Source: a virus
Length of the DNA: 48,368 nt
Virus record (IMG/VR): IMGVR_UViG_3300048907_000042
Strand: one strand, 5' to 3'
A program made the position numbers and the translations under genes. Under the pieces are notes generated by a model. That model had not been told where the DNA came from. It saw only the letters and a list, made by a program, of their open reading frames with translations, and ran no database searches. Below, in pieces: positions 1 to 7,537 of the stretch (the first letter of the stretch is position 1; every line of letters begins with the position of its first letter).

Positions 1-127
1 GCAACCGATCCCGAATCCTTTCCATCTGCTCCAACTGCTCAGGCGGATACAGCGCCAGCAGCTGTTCATATCTGGAAGCCATATCCATCTCCGAAGGTAA
101 GAGAACTAACGCAGCCAAACGTCCCCC
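1..127. repeat. terminal direct repeat, left copy (identical to 48242-48368)
   Basis: Exact 127/127 identity read directly. The boundary falls inside minus-strand ORF 48174-48329, which suggests a circular-assembly overlap rather than a physical DTR. Confidence 0.95.
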
Positions 128-132
128 AAGCC

Positions 133-161
133 ATAATACCCCTCGGTACGAAGTATGTCAA
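133..161 (-). promoter_or_regulatory. near-consensus sigma70 promoter firing leftward (across the junction into 48329)
   Basis: The minus strand reads TTGACA (161-156), a 17-nt spacer, then TATTAT (138-133). It lies about 45 nt upstream of the GGAG-ATG of the first minus-arm gene. Confidence 0.7.
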
Positions 162-475
162 CAAGGCCGACGAACTGAGGAGGACGAGTATACTATCAAA
201 GTTCAGAGTATCTCGCAGATTTCATTCAGCCTCACCCCCCGCCCGAGCGCCTCGCACTTTGCCCCCACCCGGCCTAATTTTCACGGCCGAACGTCCTACC
301 TACCCCCCGGTAGGGTCAGCGGTACTTTCATACGTCGGTGATGATGTAGTGTTGTAGCGGACCACTACACCAATGCAGCACACATGTATCACACTACCCA
401 TGTGAATAGTTCCACGGGCTGTGCGTCCTATGTTCCACGCAAGATGAACCGTTAATAATTCTAATGCACTTCTTT

Positions 476-511
476 TTGAATTGTTGTCGGCGTTCTCCGT
501 CGTAACATATG
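476..511 (+). promoter_or_regulatory. conserved bipartite promoter-like element R1 (TTGAAT-N16-CGTCGTAACATATG)
   Basis: 28/36 identical to 5209-5244 with identical spacing. The geometry is ECF-like (xGAAT-N16-CGTC). It lies 48 nt upstream of ATG 559. Confidence 0.5.
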
Positions 512-558
512 CGGGGGATGACCCACCGCACTACCCACAAGCCACCGGAGATGAACAC

Positions 559-864
559 ATGAACACCACTTCCACCACCGTCAAGACGAAGCCCGACGCA
601 CGCGCTGAGGCCATTGAAACCGCCCTGGAAATCAATTGGGAGGGTATGGAACGCGATGACCTGATCGCACTGGCGCAGCAGACCCTTGTCATCAAGCTGC
701 AGGGCGGCTGGCGAAAGAATGGCATTCCCTCGGAGTGCAAGGTGAATGCTACTGACCACAAGGTCGGCGTCCGCGCTCCGCGCAAGCCTGCCGACCTGGC
801 CGCGCTGATCGGGAAGTTGTCCCCGGAAGAACGCGAGGCGCTGCTCGCCAAGCTCACCGCCTGA
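559..864 (+). CDS. small early protein, paralog family member A (C-terminal LSPEEREALLAKL tail)
   Basis: ORF 481-864 trimmed to ATG 559 (GGAG 8 nt upstream). The INWEGM..LAQ core and the C-terminal tail are shared with 5625-6005, 8235-8570 and 14787-15017. Confidence 0.65.
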   Translation: MNTTSTTVKTKPDARAEAIETALEINWEGMERDDLIALAQQTLVIKLQGGWRKNGIPSECKVNATDHKVGVRAPRKPADLAALIGKLSPEEREALLAKLTA

Positions 865-934
865 TCGGACGAAACAGGGTGGGCTGCGGCCCACTCTGTC
901 GCCGGAATAGAACCGGCCTGACGAGTCCTGTGCC

Positions 935-1147
935 ATGAGCCGCAATCGTAATAACTACCCATTCCACAATGCGCCTGTCGGTGCGAGTGAGCGCAGCCTC
1001 CTGGTCAATGCGCTGCTCAAAGATGCGCGGCAGAATCGTGCCAAGCGCGCCTGGCGTAAATGGTTCTGGCGTATTGTGGCAGTAGTGGGAAGCCTCCTGT
1101 TCACGGTCGTGTTCTTCTATCTCGCCACGGGAGATATTCGCTGGTGA
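935..1147 (+). CDS. small membrane protein (one C-terminal hydrophobic helix)
   Basis: 70-aa ORF with a basic N-terminus and the helix IVAVVGSLLFTVVFFYLA. No clear SD. Confidence 0.45.
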   Translation: MSRNRNNYPFHNAPVGASERSLLVNALLKDARQNRAKRAWRKWFWRIVAVVGSLLFTVVFFYLATGDIRW

Positions 1148-1153
1148 TACTAC

Positions 1154-1170
1154 TGTCCCAAATTGGGACA
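1154..1170. repeat. 17-bp palindrome TGTCCCAAATTGGGACA, copy 1
   Basis: Exact motif, intergenic, 6 nt after the stop codon at 1145-1147. Confidence 0.95.
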
Positions 1171-1376
1171 CGTCTAGATACTGTTACAGTGTTTAGATGT
1201 TTTTGCGTTGCAACCCGGCATCCCCGTGCCTTAGCTTTAAAAAGACAAAAAAAAAAGAATGAAAGAACTAACGGGCATGGGGGGTTGCAACGTGATAACA
1301 TGTAAACATTCCAACATTCCTGGGACCGATGACGGTTCTAGTCCGCACCAACGGGAAGTATAGAGGGAGAAAGGTA

Positions 1377-1664
1377 ATGGATAAGAAGGGACCAATGGAG
1401 GATGCTGTGTTGCGCCTGTCGGGCAAGATGGCTACTCCGCATGTGCAGGGCAACCTGCCCATTGACGAGTACAGCGTGGAGACTACCGTCAATGAAGCTG
1501 AGCGGGAAGTAGTGTTGAAGGCCAATGCTATGCTCACGCTAGCGGATCACATCGACGAAACTGTGTATCCGCAGGGTGGCAGTCGGCCTGTTGGACGGCT
1601 CACTCGTAGTGAGTGGGACTTGATTTGCTACGCACTGCGGTATACCGCCGACAGTGACAACTGA
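1377..1664 (+). CDS. hypothetical protein
   Basis: ORF 1329-1664 trimmed to ATG 1377, which is preceded by AGAGGGAGAAAGG. Confidence 0.55.
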   Translation: MDKKGPMEDAVLRLSGKMATPHVQGNLPIDEYSVETTVNEAEREVVLKANAMLTLADHIDETVYPQGGSRPVGRLTRSEWDLICYALRYTADSDN

Positions 1665-1680
1665 CAATGGGAGTGTGAAC

Positions 1681-2004
1681 ATGTGCCATCTGTGCATCGC
1701 GCAGGCTATCCTTAATGACCTTAAGGTTGACGCCGAGCGCTCCGGTGATCCGGTCCTCGAGGCCGAGTGTGAGGTGATGCAACGTCATCTCGATATGCGG
1801 CGTGCCCTCGACGAGAGCATCCTGCTGTGTGATTCTGTGCTGAAACACCAGCCGAACCATCCCATCGCTGCGCGGTTCCAGTTCCTGCGTGAGCGCATGG
1901 TGCAACTCGACCGGGCCATCTGTGATATGGGTCAGCAGATGGAAACCATCATCATGGCTGGCGACGTGCAGGCTACCGCACCCGGTAGCGATCGCGTCAA
2001 CTGA
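1681..2004 (+). CDS. hypothetical protein
   Basis: ORF 1654-2004 trimmed to ATG 1681 (GGGAG 7 nt upstream). Confidence 0.55.
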   Translation: MCHLCIAQAILNDLKVDAERSGDPVLEAECEVMQRHLDMRRALDESILLCDSVLKHQPNHPIAARFQFLRERMVQLDRAICDMGQQMETIIMAGDVQATAPGSDRVN

Positions 2005-2021
2005 CCGCACCATCTCGGTGC

Positions 2022-2051
2022 ATGGGCTGGGGAGGCAACTCCCTGGCCCAT
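2022..2051 (+). other. 30-nt imperfect palindrome / hairpin (ATGGGCTGGGGAGGCAACTCCCTGGCCCAT)
   Basis: Read directly. It lies between genes ending at 2004 and starting at 2071. Only a weak T-tract follows, so terminator status is uncertain. Confidence 0.3.
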
Positions 2052-2070
2052 TGCCGTTTCCGGAGGTTGT

Positions 2071-2370
2071 ATGTCACGCATCTATTCGACGGATTACTGC
2101 GAGTACACGTGCCCTGCCGTGGACGATGCAGCCGAGTCCGCACTTGACGACCTGAAGGAAATGGTGCCAAGTAGGCTGCACGCCGACCTCGACCGCACCA
2201 TGACCAACCTGATCCACGAAGTGAAGCACAGTGGTACTGAAAAGCTCCGGACTGCACTGGAGCGATGCTGTACGGACCTGCAAGAGGCCCGACTCGAACT
2301 GGCGGCAGCCGAGCTGCACGTCCAGCAACTCCAACATCAACTCGACAACATGGTGGTAGCTTATGAATGA
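2071..2370 (+). CDS. hypothetical protein (coiled-coil-like C-terminus)
   Basis: 99-aa ORF with GGAGG 5 nt upstream. Confidence 0.6.
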   Translation: MSRIYSTDYCEYTCPAVDDAAESALDDLKEMVPSRLHADLDRTMTNLIHEVKHSGTEKLRTALERCCTDLQEARLELAAAELHVQQLQHQLDNMVVAYE

Positions 2371-2545
2371 GACCCTGCACGATGCGCTTGAGCGTATCAT
2401 CAACATCTGCCGTCAGCAGCATGGCCTGAAGGATGCGGACACGCCGCCTGAGGCCGTCGAAGCACTGTCGGGCATCATCGACAAGGCCAGCCGGGCGCAG
2501 CGCGTGATCCGGGCCACTACTGATCGCAACGCGGGAGACAAGTGA
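2363..2545 (+). CDS. hypothetical protein
   Basis: 60-aa ORF whose start overlaps the upstream stop (ATGAATGA coupling). Confidence 0.55.
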   Translation: MNETLHDALERIINICRQQHGLKDADTPPEAVEALSGIIDKASRAQRVIRATTDRNAGDK

Positions 2546-2769
2546 TGCCTGCCTTGTATCTCCCCGACCTGTTGGCTGCCGTGCAAGCTGCAGCCACACA
2601 AGCCAAGATCTTGAATGGTGCCTTGCGCCATCTCAAGGCCGGCTGTGATGACCTGACCGACTCGCAGGACTATTACCTGTCCGAAGCGGCCGACAACCTC
2701 AACACTGCCGCATCGTATCTGGATGACGCGGCTATTCGCATCGCCGATGGAGTGAAACATGGTCCCTGA
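2545..2769 (+). CDS. hypothetical protein
   Basis: ATG overlaps the upstream TGA (TGATG). Confidence 0.55.
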   Translation: MPALYLPDLLAAVQAAATQAKILNGALRHLKAGCDDLTDSQDYYLSEAADNLNTAASYLDDAAIRIADGVKHGP

Positions 2770-2953
2770 ACTCGACGCACGCAACAAGCTGATCCACCAG
2801 TTGCAGGCGGCACAGCAGATGCTGCTCGAAACGAAACAGACGGCTATGGAAGCCAACTCCCTCGCAATGGAAGTCCCGGCCATTCAGCGCGTTGATGCGA
2901 TGGCTAAGGAATGCGGTGAACTGATGCGGCAAGTGTCGCGCATGAGGTGGTAA
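2759..2953 (+). CDS. hypothetical protein
   Basis: 64-aa ORF with GGAG upstream and an 11-nt overlap with the previous gene. Confidence 0.55.
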   Translation: MVPELDARNKLIHQLQAAQQMLLETKQTAMEANSLAMEVPAIQRVDAMAKECGELMRQVSRMRW

Positions 2954-2954
2954 T

Positions 2955-3170
2955 ATGTCCTACGATACAGCGGAGACAATCCGCGCGTGGCTGAGGGATA
3001 ACCCCGGCTACCATTTCACGGACGACCTGCTGGAGGGGTGCGTAGCACGTAATCCCAACCACACTCGCAGCCAGTACCGAGTCAGCCTGTATCAGCTGGA
3101 GCGGTCCAAGAACTCGGTTGTGGAAGCGGGCGGCTCGTCTGTGACCCGGAAGTGGAGGTACAAGCAATGA
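2955..3170 (+). CDS. hypothetical protein
   Basis: 71-aa ORF with GAGGTGG upstream. Confidence 0.55.
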   Translation: MSYDTAETIRAWLRDNPGYHFTDDLLEGCVARNPNHTRSQYRVSLYQLERSKNSVVEAGGSSVTRKWRYKQ

Positions 3171-3559
3171 CCCTCCACACCGTTCGCCCTCGGCCCCGCG
3201 CCCGCTATTACGAACCGTATTGGTACGTGTGGCATGGAGGGCGTATGGCCGTAGGTGCTACGCTGGGCGAGGCTTATGACATTTGGCTCGTCCATTGGTG
3301 TAACTCTGTGGTAGGTGACTACCGGAGGGAGTACAGTGAAGTTAGTGATCTTTGGAAGTCGCCCGAAGTACTTGCCGCAAGGTTTCTCTCTCAATATGCA
3401 AGTGGACCTTATTGCATCGGCTGTGGAAAAATTTCAGTTGCAGCCAACCGAGATAGTAACAGGGATGGCACAGGGGATCGACACGGCAGCTATCATCTAT
3501 GCCCGCAATGTGAACTTGAAGATCAAGCCCTTCCGGGCAGACTGGGACGTGGATGGTAA
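3167..3559 (+). CDS. hypothetical protein (3' half overlaps the next gene out of frame)
   Basis: ATGA start-stop coupling with the previous gene. The last roughly 224 nt overlap the better-supported SLOG-like ORF. Confidence 0.35.
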   Translation: MTLHTVRPRPRARYYEPYWYVWHGGRMAVGATLGEAYDIWLVHWCNSVVGDYRREYSEVSDLWKSPEVLAARFLSQYASGPYCIGCGKISVAANRDSNRDGTGDRHGSYHLCPQCELEDQALPGRLGRGW

Positions 3560-3725
3560 GGCGGCTGGCAAAATCCGTAACAAGCAAATGGCTATGTATG
3601 CCGACGTAGGTCTCGGCTTGCAATGGCAGGATAGCCCTGGCACTCAGCACATGATTGAGATTATGAAGTCGCTGAGGAAACTCTGCTACACTGTTAACGA
3701 TGGGAATCTCGACTATGCATTCTAA
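3336..3725 (+). CDS. SLOG / DUF2493-like nucleotide-binding protein
   Basis: GTG 3336 follows GGAGGG. Motifs VIFGSR, GMAQGIDTAA and ADWD..GK.AG..RN are typical of the DUF2493/SLOG family (from memory). Confidence 0.6.
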   Translation: MKLVIFGSRPKYLPQGFSLNMQVDLIASAVEKFQLQPTEIVTGMAQGIDTAAIIYARNVNLKIKPFRADWDVDGKAAGKIRNKQMAMYADVGLGLQWQDSPGTQHMIEIMKSLRKLCYTVNDGNLDYAF

Positions 3726-3948
3726 CGTCGACTTGAGGACGGCGATCATTCTCGCGGCTGTCCTCCTCCGTGACAACGGAGACACATACACCGCAACGCT
3801 CGAAAACATCCGGGAGATTACCGACCGCGACTGGATCATCACCAAGAACCACAACCCGGATGGCTCGGTGACCTTCACCCTGACCGAGAACACAGTTCAC
3901 CCCAACCAGATGGCTCTCCATCTGCCCAACAGCCACACAGGAGATTGA
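3715..3948 (+). CDS. hypothetical protein
   Basis: ORF 3700-3948. The start is ambiguous (ATG 3700 or 3715). Confidence 0.45.
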   Translation: MHSNVDLRTAIILAAVLLRDNGDTYTATLENIREITDRDWIITKNHNPDGSVTFTLTENTVHPNQMALHLPNSHTGD

Positions 3949-3950
3949 CC

Positions 3951-4376
3951 GTGGAAAACGAAGAATACACCCCGGAACAGATGCACGCCATGCAGATGGA
4001 TGCGTGGGCGGGCCTGCACATCAACCAGCTCGCCGAGCTGACTCACGCGCTCAATCGTCAGGTTGGCTGGTGGAAAGAGTACGATGAAATGCCTGAGAAG
4101 TATCGCAAGCACTTCATCGCCGGCAAGCTGGCACTGGTTCACAGTGAAGTCAGCGAGGGTCTGGAAGGCTTCCGTAAGGGCCTGATGGATGACCATCTGC
4201 CGCACCGCCCGATGGTGGAAGTGGAAATGGCAGATGCCATCATCCGCATCCTGGACCTCGCCGGTGCTATGAACCTCGACCTGGGTGGCGCCGTCGCTGA
4301 GAAGCTGCTCTACAACACTCAGCGTCCCGACCACAAGCTGGAAAATCGGGAGAAGGATGGAGGGAAGTCGCTGTGA
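3951..4376 (+). CDS. MazG-like nucleoside triphosphate pyrophosphohydrolase
   Basis: GTG 3951 lies 7 nt after AGGAG. The pattern LVHSEVSEGLEGFRKG...EVEMADAIIRILDLAG...EKLLYNTQRPDHK is the MazG-type EExxE/D helical pattern. Confidence 0.7.
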   Translation: MENEEYTPEQMHAMQMDAWAGLHINQLAELTHALNRQVGWWKEYDEMPEKYRKHFIAGKLALVHSEVSEGLEGFRKGLMDDHLPHRPMVEVEMADAIIRILDLAGAMNLDLGGAVAEKLLYNTQRPDHKLENREKDGGKSL

Positions 4377-4561
4377 AGGACGAACGCATGTGCGTAGGCA
4401 TGTCGGAAGGTGAAGTCTGCAACCGCAACGAGTGTCAGGGTACCATCGAACTCGAAGACGGTGAGGACTGCGCCTGCCACATCAGCCCACCGTGTCACTA
4501 CTGCCTCGAACGCAGGTTCGTCTGCACTGCCTGTGGCATCTGCCCGGACGAAGAAACGTAA
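4373..4561 (+). CDS. Cys-rich (about 10 Cys) putative zinc-binding small protein
   Basis: GTGA overlap with the upstream stop. CxxxC/CxC/CxxC spacing suggests zinc binding. Confidence 0.55.
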   Translation: MKDERMCVGMSEGEVCNRNECQGTIELEDGEDCACHISPPCHYCLERRFVCTACGICPDEET

Positions 4562-4590
4562 CCAATCAGATTGGGGCACGGGGCAACTCG

Positions 4591-4607
4591 TGTCCCAATT
4601 TGGGACA
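4591..4607. repeat. 17-bp palindrome TGTCCCAATTTGGGACA, copy 2
   Basis: Exact motif, intergenic. Confidence 0.95.
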
Positions 4608-4641
4608 CCCCTAGAAGTCACACGAACCACGGAACTCTTTC

Positions 4642-5190
4642 ATGAAGGCTGGCATCGTCTCCTCCATCCGCATCAACCCCAAGGATTGCCAATCCATCCT
4701 GGACGTCCTCGACAAGGCGGGCGTGTACACGCAGGGCATGTCCTTTGCTAGCATGGTATCCCTCGCTCTCGGCTCGCTGCTCGAAGCGGCCCGCAAAGAC
4801 GGCATCATCCCCGAACCTGACCCGTTCCAGTACCTCAACCGTCTGCAGCCGTACATCAAGGCTAAGCACGCCCGCAAACTGGAAGTCACCAAAGTTCTCC
4901 ACAACGCAGGAGCGACCCTGCAGGCCCCACCGGTCACTGCTAGCCTGACGGAGCCGCAGGCGGAGGACGCCTTCGCATCCGCCGTTCAGCTGCCGACCTC
5001 TGGCGGAGGCGGCGGGGCTCCATCCGCGCCGGAGTATTCGGACGAAGAGATCCGCGAAGCATCCTCACGGCTCACGGAGCTGCTGCACAAGAAAGACCTC
5101 GTTGACGCGCAGGCACCGGGTGCAACCTGGACGGATGCCGACACTGCCGAGTACGTGAAGGTCTTCAATATCGTCTATCCCGATGGTTGA
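4642..5190 (+). CDS. hypothetical protein
   Basis: 182-aa ORF and the first gene after palindrome 2. It has a Gly/Pro-rich linker. Confidence 0.65.
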   Translation: MKAGIVSSIRINPKDCQSILDVLDKAGVYTQGMSFASMVSLALGSLLEAARKDGIIPEPDPFQYLNRLQPYIKAKHARKLEVTKVLHNAGATLQAPPVTASLTEPQAEDAFASAVQLPTSGGGGGAPSAPEYSDEEIREASSRLTELLHKKDLVDAQAPGATWTDADTAEYVKVFNIVYPDG

Positions 5191-5211
5191 ATCCTATTGC
5201 AATAGGGATTG
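5190..5211 (+). other. imperfect palindrome AATCCTATTGCAATAGGGATT (possible terminator/operator)
   Basis: Read directly. It starts at the stop codon of 4642-5190 and abuts promoter-like element R2. Confidence 0.3.
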
Positions 5212-5244
5212 AATTATTGGCGCTGGAATCCGTCGTAACACATG
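5209..5244 (+). promoter_or_regulatory. conserved bipartite promoter-like element R2 (TTGAAT-N16-CGTCGTAACACATG)
   Basis: 28/36 identical to R1 with the same spacing. It lies 32 nt upstream of ATG 5276. Confidence 0.5.
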
Positions 5245-5275
5245 TAACCCGTATCAGCCGCATGGAGACGCACAG

Positions 5276-5623
5276 ATGAACAAGCAAAAGGTTATCGAAA
5301 AACTCAAGCTCGGGCGGGCACTCATTGCCGACCGTAATCGCTGGACGCAGGGTGCCTACGCACGGGCTTATGCTGATGTTCCGGGCGAGTTGAAGGGCTT
5401 CCACTGCATGGCACGTTCTGATCGCGCTGTCTGCTGGTGCAGCGTTGGTGCTATCAAGAAGGTGGCACCCTTTGAAATTGACGAAGCGCCGCTGTATAAG
5501 GAGCTTCTCAAGACCGTGACCGACAACAGCACCTACGAGTCGGTCGAACAGTTCAACGACAGCAGCAGCCACGAAGCCGTCCTGGCAATGTGGGATGCGA
5601 CTATCGAACGGCTGGAGGCGTAA
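5276..5623 (+). CDS. hypothetical protein
   Basis: 115-aa ORF. The W.QG / C.CS.GA / ND..SH..VL pattern recalls a small phage protein family, but I have no firm identification. Confidence 0.65.
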   Translation: MNKQKVIEKLKLGRALIADRNRWTQGAYARAYADVPGELKGFHCMARSDRAVCWCSVGAIKKVAPFEIDEAPLYKELLKTVTDNSTYESVEQFNDSSSHEAVLAMWDATIERLEA

Positions 5624-5624
5624 C

Positions 5625-6005
5625 GTGGATAGTTCCTTCATCGAGATCCTCACCGGCATTGACGGCAGCCACCGTGAAACGAAGCTGCACATCAACTGGC
5701 GTGGTATGACGGAGGATCAAATCCGCACCCTCGCACAACGCGCTGTCATCGCGGCAGTGCAACAGGATTACAAGGCAAACGGTTCGGCCCCTTCCAAAGA
5801 CGTTGTAGAAGCATCGTGGTTCCTGGATCGTTCCACCCCGTCCCCGATTCGCAAGATAAAGAAGATCGCGGACTTGCCCGAGCATCTGATCGGTGCGGCG
5901 GACAAAGAAGAAAAGTCCGTCAGTGTTACCAACCCCGATGCTATTCTCGCCCGGTTGACGGACGCCGAGAAAGCTGATCTAATCAAACAACTTTCTGGAG
6001 GTTGA
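5625..6005 (+). CDS. small early protein, paralog family member B (C-terminal LTDAEKADLIKQL tail)
   Basis: GTG 5625 lies 6 nt after GGAGG. The HINWRGMTEDQIRTLAQ core aligns with EINWEGMERDDLIALAQ of member A. Confidence 0.6.
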   Translation: MDSSFIEILTGIDGSHRETKLHINWRGMTEDQIRTLAQRAVIAAVQQDYKANGSAPSKDVVEASWFLDRSTPSPIRKIKKIADLPEHLIGAADKEEKSVSVTNPDAILARLTDAEKADLIKQLSGG

Positions 6006-6006
6006 T

Positions 6007-6225
6007 GTGGAAATCCCGACGAGTGAAGTGTTCGGTGAGGCCCGCGAGGATAAGGACTATCAAATCCTGATCTTTCGCAATAATCAGTGCGTATGCCAGA
6101 CCGCTTGGCTCAGCCCGCAGGGTGTTCGTAGCATGAGGGAAATGATCGTCAACCTGGACAGCAGTTTCCAGTGCCGCATCAAGACTCGCACGATCACCGT
6201 CACTGAGGCAAAGTTCGATATCTAG
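6007..6225 (+). CDS. hypothetical protein
   Basis: GTG 6007 follows GGAGG. Confidence 0.55.
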   Translation: MEIPTSEVFGEAREDKDYQILIFRNNQCVCQTAWLSPQGVRSMREMIVNLDSSFQCRIKTRTITVTEAKFDI

Positions 6226-6295
6226 GACTCCGCCCATGCACATTCTAACGAGTGTGCATGATCGGCAATCCTGCCGGAACCAGCAAGGAAAGGCT

Positions 6296-6538
6296 GTGAA
6301 AAAGAACGTCAAGTACATCAAGTACACCAGCACGAACCGCCCCATCGGCGTGGCTGAACTCGAACCGGAGAAGATCAAGGCCAAGTATGCCGATCGTCGC
6401 CGCTTCGGCAAGACCAAGAAGGATCGCGAAGGTGGCGCACGTCAGCGTGCCTACGAGCGCAAGCAGTTCCCGATCCGTCGCACTTCCTCCGGTGGTCTGC
6501 CGGCCGACGGTAACTCCACCAAGCTGATGGGGGGCTAA
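6296..6538 (+). CDS. small highly basic protein
   Basis: ORF 6236-6538 trimmed to GTG 6296, which follows AGGAAAGG. Confidence 0.5.
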   Translation: MKKNVKYIKYTSTNRPIGVAELEPEKIKAKYADRRRFGKTKKDREGGARQRAYERKQFPIRRTSSGGLPADGNSTKLMGG

Positions 6539-6542
6539 GAAC

Positions 6543-6728
6543 ATGGCACTCAAGCGCACCAAGGTCCTGGGCTGGACCAAGCACATGTCGGCCACGCAGA
6601 AGCTGGTCAGCACCCTCAACCGTCGCGGCAACTTCGAGCAGGCCAGCAAGCTGAACGAAGCCAACCGTAACAACCACCAGCAGCGCGTGGGCGTCATCCT
6701 GCGTCGCCACAAGCACCGGGGAGTCTGA
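6543..6728 (+). CDS. small basic protein
   Basis: 61-aa ORF, tightly packed. Confidence 0.55.
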   Translation: MALKRTKVLGWTKHMSATQKLVSTLNRRGNFEQASKLNEANRNNHQQRVGVILRRHKHRGV

Positions 6729-6730
6729 AC

Positions 6731-6958
6731 ATGTACAAGACCTTCAAGCTGGCCGGCAAGAACGGCAAGTCGCGCATCTGCACCGAGTTCCCGTGGGTGG
6801 CGAAGCAGGTTCCCTGCCCCTGGGATGACAACAAGTACGCTCGCGTGATGATCCCCTTCACCGCGGCCGAACAGAGCAACCACAAGCACCTGAAGCAGCA
6901 CACGCAGATCGTCAAGCGTGAGCGTCTGACCATCGTGCTGCCGAGCGTGGCCGCGTAA
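6731..6958 (+). CDS. hypothetical protein
   Basis: 75-aa ORF with GGGGAG upstream. Confidence 0.55.
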   Translation: MYKTFKLAGKNGKSRICTEFPWVAKQVPCPWDDNKYARVMIPFTAAEQSNHKHLKQHTQIVKRERLTIVLPSVAA

Positions 6959-7227
6959 TGTCCTTCCGGCGGCGGCAAGAACTCATCATCGAGCGGCGTC
7001 GTCGTCGGGCTCAGGACGACCGAGCAGACCGGGATATGTACTACTCACACCGTCTTCGGACGACCGAGGAAATACTATCCCGGCTGTTCTCCCGAAAGGT
7101 CTCACTCACCGTTAGCGGTGGGTGGGTTCGGTTCAATGGTAAGAACTATCGAATCGACCAGATCGAACAGCACGCACTGCGTCTGGATGCTCTGGCCAAG
7201 GAGCGGGAAGATGAACAAGTACTTTAG
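6958..7227 (+). CDS. hypothetical protein (Arg-rich N-terminus)
   Basis: TAATG start-stop overlap. Confidence 0.55.
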   Translation: MSFRRRQELIIERRRRRAQDDRADRDMYYSHRLRTTEEILSRLFSRKVSLTVSGGWVRFNGKNYRIDQIEQHALRLDALAKEREDEQVL

Positions 7228-7537
7228 GGGTTTGCGCGTCTACATACCACTCGGTACTCCCGACGTGGCAGCCAAGCTCCGTGGGTCTACGATCCGCATC
7301 ACCAAGCGTCTCACCGAACGGTCTCGCATCCATAGTGTCCTGGGACGGCGTGACCTGACGTGGGAAGGTGAAGTAATCATGGCCCAAGACAAGAGCACCA
7401 TCGGGCACCCTGTGTACATCAACGAGTACGCAGGCCATCCACTCTCCTATGATGGGGCAGCACCAAGTCCCTTCTCACTGGAGACGATTCTGAGAACATG
7501 CCATGCCGACCCTCAAAAGATACTCGGGGGCTTGTGA
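7211..7537 (+). CDS. hypothetical protein
   Basis: ORF 7118-7537 trimmed to ATG 7211, which follows GGAGCGGGAAG. Confidence 0.5.
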   Translation: MNKYFRGLRVYIPLGTPDVAAKLRGSTIRITKRLTERSRIHSVLGRRDLTWEGEVIMAQDKSTIGHPVYINEYAGHPLSYDGAAPSPFSLETILRTCHADPQKILGGL

